Shown here piece after piece: positions 27,874 through 40,522 of a stretch of 64,000 nt of DNA. Location of the stretch: the NCBI RefSeq assembly GCF_000150275.1, contig NW_002060959.1, positions 1,262,319 through 1,326,318 on the forward strand, given 5' to 3'. This stretch comes from Trichoplax adhaerens. Its lineage: Eukaryota > Animalia > Placozoa. Position 1 is the stretch's first letter, and each line of letters starts with the position of its first letter. The notes beneath the pieces are model-generated. The model made no database searches. It had not been told where the DNA came from and saw only the letters and a list, made by a program, of their open reading frames with translations. The position numbers and the translations under genes were made by a program.

Positions 27874-28456
27874 AGAGGGTTTGAGCGATTGTGGACATAT
27901 TTTTGAACATTATTTGCATTGATTGACTAGGCCTACCCGTGGTCTACTTTAGTCACCACTGACCATATTGGCGTAGTTAGGTCATGTAGGCATACTATTT
28001 CTGATGCTGTTGAGGATGAACGCGTAACTTTGATCATTTGGAAGTAGCCTAGAGCACAGAACGAACAATATAGTGCAACTTTGATCATCAAAAAGCAGCT
28101 TAATGTAGTACAGTATAGCTTAGCTTGTAGAGGGCTTGAGGAAGCGCGGACTTATTTTGTACATTATTTGCATTGGTCTGCTCGGTCTACCATAGTGACC
28201 ACTTACCACATTGGCGTATTTAGGTTATGGAGGGCATACTATTTCCGATACAGTACAGGATGAACGATATAGTGCAACTTTAATCCTTTGAAAGCAGGCT
28301 AATCTAGTGCAGTATAGCTTTCAGTGGGCTTGAGCAAAGGGTGGACTTATTTTTAACATGATTTGCATTGGTCAGCTAGGTCAAGTAGGCATACTATTTA
28401 AGATACCACAGGATGAACGACATAGCGTAACTTTGATCTTTTGCAAGCAGCTTAAT
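27874..28456. repeat. Diverged complex tandem repeat, three copies, upstream of PAAF1
   Basis: Recurrent blocks GGG(C/T)TTGAG...GGAC.TATTTT...ACAT.ATTTGCATTG...GGCATACTATTT...AGGATGAACG...(C/T)AACTTT.ATC starting at about 27874, 28129 and 28323. Confidence 0.9.
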
Positions 28457-29122
28457 CAATTAAGTATGTTGGCAATCTTTCTATATGTATTCTGCCTTCA
28501 TCAATTAATTCTTCGCTCCATTTTCCATCTCATACTGCATTAGCTGCAGCGGACATCATCCTCTCCATTCAATAAGTCGGTCCAACGAGTTACCTACCCG
28601 TACCTATCACCATGGATACCCAACCATTTCCTGGACTGTAGTATAGTCGAAGGGTACCGTAACAGTCCACCAGCTGTCAGTCTGTAAGCAGAACCTACCA
28701 GCTGCGCACAATCACTAGCTCTACATGGTCTATCAACATTAGAACTAATATGACAACTAGGCAGACACCGTAGTCAGGTTAGCTAGCAATCGCGTTGATT
28801 TTTGCTAGAGCTAGTGGATGCTCGATGCCAAGCAGATCATTAAATTGTGCAATTTTACTCATCAATTGTACGTCTATTACTACCGATATTGACTGCTACA
28901 AAAAGTGACGACACAAAGTTGATTTTACTGTAGTATGATAGTCCTCTTCTGCTGCTGGCGCTTCTAGAAAAAGAGAGCGACTGTTGCAGATTGATCGACA
29001 AGGTGATCGTGAAATAGAGGACAGCTAACATCCTAACAATATTGCCAGTGACTACCAAAACAAAAAACGGATCAACTAGGGCGAGGAGGATATCAATACG
29101 AACAGCAAGCAAGAAAAAAGGA

Positions 29123-32100
29123 ATGACGACTACAGTGAAGAAGTATCCCAGTCTGTACCTGCAGAGCGATTGGAATTTAGCTTTGAGGTTTGAGCAATAA
29201 AGTAGATTCAATTCTACTGTAACTAAGTATGCAAATATAAGAAAGGAGATTTGCAGCGATCAGTATACAGTAGAAAAGTCAAGGACTGTATAATGTAGTA
29301 CGGAATAGAAATCATAATTGTACTATGCATGTAGACAGTTTAGACAGAGGCTATAAGTAAGAAAAATCTGCACCATTTTTCTATCTAATTTGTAATTCAC
29401 GCTTGCTCAATATCAATTGGCCTCATTTGTTAAGAAGATATAGTATACTTACAGCGAGCCAGGCTTAATATCTATGATGGCATGCAGAGTAGTCCTCATT
29501 TGCATCGAAAATTCTCCTGACAAATTATAATTAAACGGAATTTTACCAGTATTGGTATAGCTGCATTAATTGAACGACTTGGATACCTACTTAGCAGTCA
29601 TTTAAACAATGGACTTTTTGATGCATTTCTTTAGAGAGGCCAATGGAAGTGCTTGGGTATCTTGCAAGCTAGGTATGTCATCGCTGTATCGTGACATAGA
29701 CACACATTCTATAGCATGCATAGAATGCATGTTGTGCCTATCCTACATGGAGAGTCAGTAAAAATATCCAGTTTATGAATATACGTCTTGAATGTCGCCT
29801 TCAGTTAACGAGACGCAATATCGCTTGTACGTCTGGAGTAAACTTAAAATAATTACAGTGTGTAATTGAACCTATATGGTGTATATGGATGCTATCCATA
29901 CACATTTTCATTGCATTTTACTTCTCTAAAAGACTATGCTACTGTAGAATAATAAAACTGGACGAACGAACAATTCATCGTGCAAGCCGCGTGATATCAA
30001 CGAGCTCTATATTATTTTCTATTCACTCTTTCAGGTGATACATCCATTCGTGGTAGTATTAAATGCTTCGAAGATGGGACACACGAAGTATCAGAAGAAT
30101 TTTGCGTTACTAATATCGAGCAGGTAAGAAGCTCTTATCAATATTAGGTGCAATTTCTGTAAATTGTAAATACTTGAGCGTAAACAAGTACGTTTTCATT
30201 TACTGAAATATAATGTTACAATTTGAAAAGTTCACTATTGCTTATGCTAGAGGGAAGATTTGTTGTACTTGTATTAGGCTTGCAGGCAGTATTTATTATA
30301 CCATGCTGATTTTATTGTCGTGTCGAATGTTAAATTGACTTTATTTGATCACGGCTATAATGGTTATTATTGGATGTAGCTTTAATTTACAAGATACATT
30401 ATAATACTCTAGCTGTGAATTTTCTTGTAATTTTTGGATTTGTGGAGATTATAGACCCGTACATTGGAATGGGTAATTTACTAGTAATTATAATTTGTGC
30501 ACCATTTGAATTACTTTAGCTTTAAAGTAAGAAATAGAGTATATACGACTGATATAATGATCTTGCGGATAAAGTGTGCTCACTTATACTTGCAACATAA
30601 ATCATATTATTTATTTTTATAATTTGTGTAGAATCCAATTACAATTACTTGCCCAAGGAATCGATGTAAAGCTGATTTTTTGGCTCCAAAACAGGAATAT
30701 CCTCGGCATCATCGTGGAAGTGTAAGCTTAATTCAGTTAGAATGATATGATTTCATTCTATCTCGGAGGCATGTCAGTAATGTAAATGTACATAGTTGAG
30801 TACTGTGCCTCTCTTGTGTTATAGTAATACTTATGAGCAGTTGTAAATGTACAGTTCAGTTGAGCACTGTTCAAAGTAATCTATAGGTACATTACTAAAA
30901 CGAACATAGCAAACTTATACTTTGCAAACCGTTACTGCATTGATAATAAAGTTAATATATTGTTTAATGGGGTTTCTAGGTACGAACTATTGATGTCAGC
31001 CCTGGAGGTAACTTAGCAGTATCAGCTGGAAGCGATAGTACTATTAGACTATGGACCACTGATAATGGCGCAATTAGGGTACAGTTATGTTGCTATTAAT
31101 TTCTTGATGAGATAAAAAATTTGAAGCTACAACTATTTAGCTACCCATTTTGTATACAGCGGTGATTCATATGACAAGACATTTGTAATATTGTTTTCTC
31201 TTTATCGAAACTAGCGTGAATTATGTGGACATCACAATGATGTCACATCATGTAAGTTTTTCCCTTCGGGAGTTGTACTGTTATCTGCATCTTCAGATAT
31301 GCAAATTAAAATTTGGTCAACGGAAGATGGTTCAAATCCTGCAACATTTAGAGGGCATACATCGAGTATGTTAGACTGCAAACTTATAGCATTTGTTCAA
31401 TAGACAGGGCTTTACAAAGTTTTTTACGTTACTGCTTGATTAATTTGTTATTCATAAAATAGCTGTTACAGACACTGCGATTATCGGGCGTGGTAGAAAT
31501 ATTATATGTAAGTTTCTTTAATTACAGTTATTAATGCTCATCATTATATTAAATATCATAAATTATACTATAAGTAACTAATTAATAATAATTAACTATA
31601 GCATGCGGAACTGATGCAGCCGTGAAACTTTGGGACTGTGGACGAAGTAATTGCCTTGATACTCTTCTTAAAGCTGATTGTCCCATTAATGCGTGCGCAT
31701 TAGATAATGATCAAGCGGCAGTTGGTTTAGCCCATCGCGGAACAGCAACAAGTAACTAAATTATGATGAATTACAGCTTATAACTAGGATATAATAGCAT
31801 ATTGTTGAATATGATAATAGTCAGTAAGTCATAAAGTTTTATTTGTCGTAATTAATGATATTTTAATAGGCGAGCGTGAAATTGATACGCAGGGCAAAAT
31901 AATAGCGCTGGCAATGGAAAACAATTATATGGAATGCCTAGATGTATACAGTAGGAGCCAAGTACGATTGTAATAATAATTAAAAATTTACTTAAAATTT
32001 TCTAAGTTGATTGCTGTACTGTACAATGTATATCTGCCCTTAAGAGTTATGATATTTCTACTTCGTAAATAGATTTGTAAATTGAATGCATCATCTGCCT

Positions 32101-32727
32101 TCAATTGTTGCATCATTAATTCGGGCTTAACAGTCATCGGAGGTTGCCAGGATGGCAGCTTATACTTATTTGATTTACGAAACCCAACGTGAGTCTAGTA
32201 TTAGTTAGATTGATGTTGCTTATTCGTATATCATTAATAACACTTGACATTTGGCTTACTACCAGCTGTATTTCTTCGTGATAATTAAAATAGTGCTCCT
32301 TTGCAAGTTTTTTGTCGTTCCGTTTACTCAATTACGACGTTAAAATCAATATCGAAGGAGGATATCTTTGTAGGGACAGGTTAATAGCTTAATAGATAAA
32401 TTAAGAATTAGTAAACGGATGTTATTGTTTTTTGCGACATTCCGTATAAAGGTCAAGCAGATTACTTTACTTTGATTGTACCAATTTAATGTATAGTTGA
32501 TATGAATAACTATTAACCCTAGAATTCCATCTATTTTTTTTATTCAAGGTGACGGATGTTGTTACAAATGGAATATAGCCAAAGCATACACGGAAGAAGA
32601 GCTGATTTCAACTATAGAATTGTCGGGATCTGATTGCGATCCTATTTATGACATAGCTATCCATGAAAATAAGGTTTATAATTGTTGTAGAGATGGTCGA
32701 ATTAGACAATATGCAATTCCCCTATAA
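29123..32727 (+). CDS. PAAF1: Proteasomal ATPase-associated factor 1 (Rpn14 homolog, WD40), 399 aa, 12 exons
   Basis: Exons 29123-29187, 29635-29672, 30035-30123, 30632-30721, 30980-31078, 31215-31365, 31463-31507, 31602-31751, 31870-31961, 32073-32188, 32294-32379 and 32549-32727. Total 1200 nt, all GT-AG, frame preserved. Motifs LQSDWNLALR..AWVSC, CKFFPSGVVLLSAS.DMQIKIWSTEDG, DTAIIGRGRNI, LWDCGRS.CL, SEREIDTQGK and ELSGSDCDPIY...YNCCRDGRIRQY match PAAF1. Confidence 0.93.
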
Positions 32728-35700
32728 TTGTCACATGTTAGTCGATAGCGACAAATTTCAAATAAACTAAGGAGATTCTTCGCTGTATAATTACCAGTCA
32801 GAGACCATCAATGCAGTAAAGTTCATATTGTTTTACCATTAACGTTGCCATAATTTTGTCGTATTTCAGAGATCTCTACTAGATTCATGTATGAGCATTG
32901 GATATTATCAGTATTAGTTTTGATATGCTTCGTCAATCATCTTCAATTAAATTTATTTTCATTATACCGAGCTATGAGAATACTGTTTTCCATTAATTGT
33001 TTAAATCTATGTATAGTAACCCGTATACCGCTTGTTTCGTTTTGGCTGTTTACAGCGCTGCCTTTATTTTATTTCGATCACGTAATACGGTATTTGGATA
33101 TTGCAATTAAAGCCTTCTTACTGTTTTATCTTAGTTCTTAAATTTTACGTTTTGTTTAGATAATGTCACTTTATTTATTAGCTATGGTAACTGTTTCTAA
33201 TCGGCAAATACTTTACTTTCAATATTGTAATATAAGCGATGTTATAAGGGGAGGTAGATTACATATCGGGAGTGAAGGTATTATTCGTTTCTTATAGTTT
33301 TTACCCGTACCACGCGAAATATCAGCATTAAATCGTGTTTGATTCTCTCGATACAAAATTATACTTTTAAATATCATATTTGTTGCTAAGCGTGTCTATA
33401 GTTGCTAAATAACACAAAACAATGTAATTGGCATGTTATCTCCTTAGATATCTTTCCTTTAGACTTGGATAATTGGGTTGTAATAATGAAATTAGGATTG
33501 TGTATTTTTAGGATTGAATCAACATTTAAGTCCTTTAAGTAATAAATTAAATTATGATTATTATTTGTGAGCTTTTGCGTGATGTTAAGATTTATAAATG
33601 ACAATGTCAATTCTCTATAAGAGTTCGTATAAGTATCTACATCCATGAGATCATTAAAAGGAAGTTATTAATGTTAAATTTAGTGCAGTACTTACGAAGT
33701 GGGAAATAACTTCTGATTGTCGTTTTGCTGGAATATTGCTTTTTTTCTTGCTTTAAAAGCTCACACTTAAGCCTTTACCATGTTCGGAAACTTTAAAATT
33801 CTGAACCGTATAAATTACCTCTAAATTCGTACAAAACTCCTGATTATTGTAAAGTATCACGAGTCAACATAATTACAATTTATCAATTTAATTATAGACA
33901 TGCTGTAAAGATTTCAGCTAATTACAGCAGTTATGTGCTAGGGAATACAGTGATAGTAGCGTAATGTAGAACTGTACGTCTTAATAACGTAAGTATTGAT
34001 TATGCTAATACCGGAAAGTATGAGAGCGCATTTGTAATGAGTGATACTGCATACCAATGTTTTAATAATAGTACAGTTGGATGTGTTTTAATCTTTTTCG
34101 CCATAATTGTTTTACTAGTAGGTATTTTAGTTGATAATTTTCCCTTAATGATTAAGTAAATGAGAAAATTTATACAGATAACTGCCGCTATTCAAAAATA
34201 AATGGAATTGTTTGAAAAGAGAGAAATATCATTTGCTACAAATATTAGATCGATGGGAAAATTTTGTTATGTATAATGATATCAATTAAATTCGAACAAA
34301 AGCCAACTATAATAATATGTTTTATGCTTAGTGAGTATCAGCTGCTTCTACGTAACTTTTGAAATATGCTGTTATTAGCTTATTTACTATCGTGATTTCA
34401 TGAAAAGATTAAAAGCGACGATTTTAAGTGTTGATCGACAACGGTAGTTAAAATAATAAAGTTTATACATTATACGTATCCATTGTTTGATCATAAACTT
34501 AGTAATAAAAATCAAAAACAGCTTTAGGCTGATTCTCAAAAATTTTAAAATATTGAATAACATAAAGTTTAAGCATTGTTTGTTTTAGTTTACTACTCAA
34601 ATTCAGACTCGGTATTTCCTACCTCATCATTTACGATATTTACAACTAATGCAAAGATAAAATCTGATAAGGCAATCTCTAATTAGTCTTAAATTTAACA
34701 TCTGGAATAAGTTACATTGAGGTAAATATGTAACGTCGTAAATGAATCGAAAAAGGCTGTGTATATGAAAATTATTGATTTTAAAAGTAATTAGTTTAAT
34801 TAATTAAAAACAATTTATTTCTTGATAAAGTATTATTAAAATGTGCTGTTACTTAAATATATTGCTAAATAACATTCATTTTACACTAAATTCATTGTTT
34901 AACTTCAATCCAGATTTTCAAACAGATAGATAATTAATTTAAAAATGGTAAATGAAATGGTAAAAGAGCTCACGATAATTGCCATTTTATCATACTTGAA
35001 CAGATATAAACTTTACAATGGCGGAATCAAGGGACTCATTAAAATTTATATTAAACATTTGTATTAAAAATTAATGTTGAAAATTTATTCATAACAATTA
35101 TAGTAAACTAGTAGTATAAGCCTTGAATGTAGTAGCAATGAGTCTGTTACAGCATCATATTGATGTCAATGATTGAATAGATGGAACTTGAGAAGATGAT
35201 TGAATCTTAGTCCACAACAGTTAAGTTGGATAAAAAATCGAGCTTAAATTAAAATTATGTATAAGATACAAGTTAGAAATGTTTGCTAATAGAACGGCTA
35301 AGTAAGGAATAGCATACTTGAATATACCTAGCTTAATAAAGGTCTACGAGTATAACTGATGGATCAGAGCTATTTACCTGTAAGTGATTCCTACAGTCAA
35401 TAAACAGGAGTAATTTGAGTAACAATCAGTTTAGTAAATAAGTTTTTTTATGGTTTTTGGCTATGTGTATATGAAAGACAAAAGGACGTTTCAGTTACTG
35501 GGTTATCCATGAGAGACAGGTGTGGAAGTAATTTAACTTAAAGACCTTTTACTTTTCGATACCTTGTCACAGAGTTAATTTGTGAGGACATTCTACTAGA
35601 TAATTATAAGAATGGTTGAGTTGCGTATATACAGTGTTCATATGGTAGGTTTAGCGCTGTGAAAGTAAGTGATGCATATTATATACGAGTATAGTGTTAA

Positions 35701-38700
35701 TGTGCTATATGAGATCTATGTACTAGTAACGAAAAGTGCAGCATAAATGTTTCAGTTCATTTTAGATGATTGTGGTAGGTTCAATAATTTATTTAAATTA
35801 AGCCATAGATGGGTGTTACGATTCATCATTACCGTGAATAAAAAATATTCATTCATACTTTTATCTAAAGTAGAGTTGTGATATGTTAAATCGTTAATGG
35901 ATTTCTAATAGCGACTCTGACAATTTAAATCATTTAAGAAGAGCAGAATATGTAATGGAGATTTTCGCTCTTGTTGCTGTAAGTTGTTAAGTAACAATTC
36001 TAGTTGATTTGTTAATTGGAGTAAAAGTGGTAAGCACTCAATAGTAATTAACACATATTTATTCTATACTAATTATCATAAATATATTTTATACAAAATC
36101 AAGTATATTGTAAATAGAATTTTGTACTAATTTATACCGACGGAAATTGGCACAGGTATATAAGAACGTGCCTTTAATCACAGAATGAGTTCCCATATTA
36201 CATTACCTAGTAGTATATTCTATACTTCGAATAAAGATAATTTATGAAGTTGTCTGGATATACTCACTGGTGAATAAGGTCTTATACTGAGCTAGTCAAG
36301 TTAATGGCGCTTATTAGCAACGGTATATTACGGTAGAGCGGTTACACTAAAAATAAAATTTGTTACTTGTGCCACAAACGACGTTGTGATAGTGGGTGAT
36401 AACTATAAAATTGTAATATCGTAGTTGCAAATTGATACAGGGAGCCATGCTTGGTGCTATAATTTTAGTAGATTACTGTAATTTTGACTATTCCACAGCT
36501 TATCAGGCCTAAATATTGATTGATCAATTTACAGTTAGAGCAGTTTTAAATACGCAACAAATTCAATATATTATCGTTCATTCGGTTTAGATGCCCTACT
36601 AATATGGAACTGAAAATATATTATTATTTAGATTTCGTTAGCGAAATCAGCTCTTTTGCAAGTTAAACGATGCTATATTACCTGTTTGGAATTTAAGGTA
36701 ATTAAAAAGCTTAAATTTTTAAAGTGGTTTTGATGCAACTTTAATTCAATTACGCTTATTGTAAAATGAAGAGATTTAAAAAAATCGTCACAGCATGTTA
36801 GACAGCAATTAGAATTGAATTAATTTAAATGCACGAGTTTAACTATATATTTATGTGCTTTCCGTAGATGGAGAAATATGATTAAATAGTAAGATGTAGT
36901 ATGAGTACTTTTTAAATCATGAGAATATAGCTTCTATGCTATCGTATATATTAATAATTCCAAAACAACACGATAAAGTCTTAGATTTACGTAAGATAAG
37001 ATAGTATAATAGGAAATATAATATGCATGTGACTAATGAAACGTCGAATGTAAATTGCTTTTGTTTGTCTTAATTGAGTTATAACTAGATTAAATAGCTT
37101 CAGGTAAAGTAGTACAACGAAATGAAACTTACATTTCCATAAATTATCGTTAATTAGCCAATCAGTAGATATATCATATCTAGGTTACAATAGTAATTTT
37201 TAAACAACGTCTTAAATCATTAAACTGAAGTTAAGAATCACAAAGATATATATAAACGCCTATCTTATCCACAACAAAACAAAGATAGTATAACTTTAGC
37301 AATAAGTTGTGACCATTTGATCTAACGTAGATTTATCTAACTTACTAATTACTGATAACTAGCAGTGGCTAATCCTAATTCCGACGTCATTCTAATCAAG
37401 TTTCATAGAAAAGATTAGATTATGGCCAACCATTAATATCGATGGTCTTCGTAATTTAATTTTGACGCTTTCAAATAGATATTAAGTAACAAAGTTCATT
37501 TGAAATGGATAAATTGCAGGTAGGTTGAAGATCGCTGCTAAATATTACAATACGATGCAGGTGGCTAAAGATATAATGTACGTAATTTTAGTCGAATTAT
37601 ACACTGGTTTAACATCCAATAGATTTTGGAAAAGTAGATAACGAATGATAACAAAGAGTATCTATCTCGGATGCCTAGAATAGAAATTTGAGATAGTGAC
37701 AACAAAATAAGAATGGTTTAGTATTGTGAAAATAATGATCTCCTTCTAATCAGAATTAAAATGACATATGGTACACCTTGGCTGTAATATTTAAAGGAGA
37801 AGACTGGTAATATAACTTAAATCACATCGATTTATAGTTGATAATATATGAACGCTTTTCTTGAAAAAGTCTCCGTAAGTAAGGCTAATTTTTCTTAGTT
37901 AAATATAATAAACGCTTTAATGCTTTAGATTAGGTACATAACAAGCCTGATGATTGAGCTGAAAATTTTGCATTATTGTATAGCTATATGTATGAGAGTA
38001 CAAGTTAGAAAAGAGAGTAGCTCATTTAGCTGTTATGAGAAAGAAATTACATTAAGAGTTCATGTATTTAGATATTTTCTGTAGACATTAATTGCACTAC
38101 TTTTGAGAAATCCAACAAATGAAATTATCTTGTGAACAGAAATGTTCAGTTGACTTAAATTACACTTCCTTCTGCCAGAATCTCGACTCAGAAGCACAAC
38201 TCAAATCACTCAATCATTTTTAAAACTTCACGAACGATTTATCTGAAGTGGTGAAAATTTGATTAACTAAGTTTATAGCAACATGAACAGTTCCAAAAGA
38301 TATTCTGTATTATATAAGTGAGAAGGCTGCATTAAGGTAATTTACATCGTTTATCGCTTTGATGCAATTGGATACATCAAATTTGTAGGAGATATATACG
38401 TCTTACTATGCGAATAAAAATTACAATCTCGCTTTAGGTAGTCATTTATGTGAACAAATGATGCTACCAAGCAACTTCATTCTATGGCCTACGGTAAATG
38501 TATATACTTTGATGTCCTCACCTTGAATTATTGAAATTGTTTATATCAGTTGATTTACGCACCAATTTAGAAACATAACTTGTTTTACTGATATTAATTA
38601 CGAAGCTGATATGATGAAATTTTTATTCGAATTTAAAGCATTTTATATTAATTTTGATGGTTGCTTTGAAATTAATGAGCTGTAGATGCAGTTGTAATTA

Positions 38701-38766
38701 GACTCTAGAATTTTGGCTTAGGTTAGTGTCAAGAAAATAATCCTCGTGACGTTTACTTTATTTCTA

Positions 38767-39349
38767 TGTTACGTTCTATATATGTTTATATTTCATAAAT
38801 GTTTTGCGGTCTCCTTAATTGTAACTTTAGTGGTTAACAGTTGATATTCTTAATTTAGGATTAGATAAACTAAAATAGTAATTGCCAACCAGTTAAACTG
38901 GATTGTATCTATCATCTCTAAAGTTGTTAAGGTTCAAAGTACAATTCCCAAGTTTAGAAAAAATGTCTTAGCAGGATAGCTTAATACGTATCTGTTAAAC
39001 TATTATTAAGCATTGATTATTTTAATACTGATACAGTAAATTTAATAGGATTAGACTATATCTAATCTGTACAGATAGAATCTCTTTAGAGTATTAATTT
39101 AGTTAATTTCTAATAGATGAGGTGACTTGTGTGGTTAAACCGGTTTCAGGTACCGATACCTATATAAGCGACAAGTTCGCTGATAATATATTAGCTTGTA
39201 ATTTTCTAGTAAGTTTTGAAGGTCTCCCTGTGTTAAACCCTATCTGCCTTGGAATACCAACCGATTGGTATTCCAAATAATAGTAATACAGGATAGAAAT
39301 TACTCCTTCAATCCTTGTTGTAAGTTAGGGGTATTTCTAGCTCGCAGCA
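38767..39349 (+). mobile_element. Solo-LTR-like dispersed repeat; inverted copy at 54400-54558
   Basis: About 39200-39349 is the reverse complement of 54400-54558. TATATAAG at 39161, probable start TGTTACG at 38767, end CTCGCAGCA (CTCGTAACA in the other copy). The left boundary and TSD are uncertain. Confidence 0.55.
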
Positions 39350-40522
39350 GTTAGATATTATCTCAATTTACGCTTCTAAATGTAATGAAATATTAAAACT
39401 AATTATAATTAGAAATTAAGATAAATTCTCCTTGTTATTACATTGCATTGGTCGCACTGAAGCATGCCAAAACTTAGGTTCTGTTTTAAAGGCGGGAAAA
39501 TATTTAATAAATATAATATACTTACTATCACATGATAAGTAGTGAAGAATTAGGATTATATAATCAAAGTGCGCAGTTCCTGCCATGGTAGGTAATGCAA
39601 TCGGCTCTAGGGATTTCAATCTTGGTGGAGACCATTGAATTGATGAATAGCAATGATCAAAATTTCGTATTTATCTATTACTACCGTATGGTTTAGGCTG
39701 CCACAGTCATCAAAATGACTTAAGATATGGAAGTGTATTTTATGATAATATTTTTTTAATCTTTTAAGTATGAACTGCTACTTTAGGAATTGTTATTGTT
39801 AGTGATAACCTAAGTCGTTATGATATTATGATGATATAGTAATATGTTGCAAGTATGTACCAAGAATACAGGAGCTTGATAGGGCTTACACTCGAAGCAG
39901 ATTTGCGTATAAAATTGTTTATTACCTTGAATATTCGTATTTGATAATTCAATCGCAACAGCATGTTTTTTTTGAAATATGTTAACAGCATAGTAAATAT
40001 GTTTATAACTACTGAAAGAGTAAATAAGAAGGACTGTGATCAATAAAAAGTGATCCAAGTTAAGACTAAACTGTGTGATAGCTTATATCGTATATTGTGT
40101 TGAGCGAGTTAGTATTTCGCAAGGATACCAGTTACAATACCATAGGCGGGGGAAGTAGTTCTGCGGATTAAAGTAAAGTTTACTATAAGCACTGTGTTAT
40201 TTTCTTGTGTCGTAAGAGTAGTTGTGGCATAGGCTTTTAGGCAATTACTTATTAGATCGATATGCTCAATAGGGTATTAGGCTCAGTCAAAGTTTAAAAA
40301 CTACTTGCAATGTGCAGCTCTTGTATGCATTACTTCTAAATATCATCGCAGAATCGACATAATTGCCGGAACTTAACAGGTACCCATAGCAAATCACTTT
40401 GCTTCATTAATGCCTATATATATCGGCTATTGGATAACATAATTTATGTCGCCGAAATGCTGTTACCAAATGACGAACTTACCAATATAATCGATGCTAT
40501 TTCTTGTTAGGATTTAAATTTT

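Noticed and set aside
28855-29211. 118-aa hydrophobic minus-strand ORF
   Set aside because: It is antisense to the A-rich PAAF1 5' region and exon 1. Hydrophobicity follows from T-richness, and no family is recognisable.
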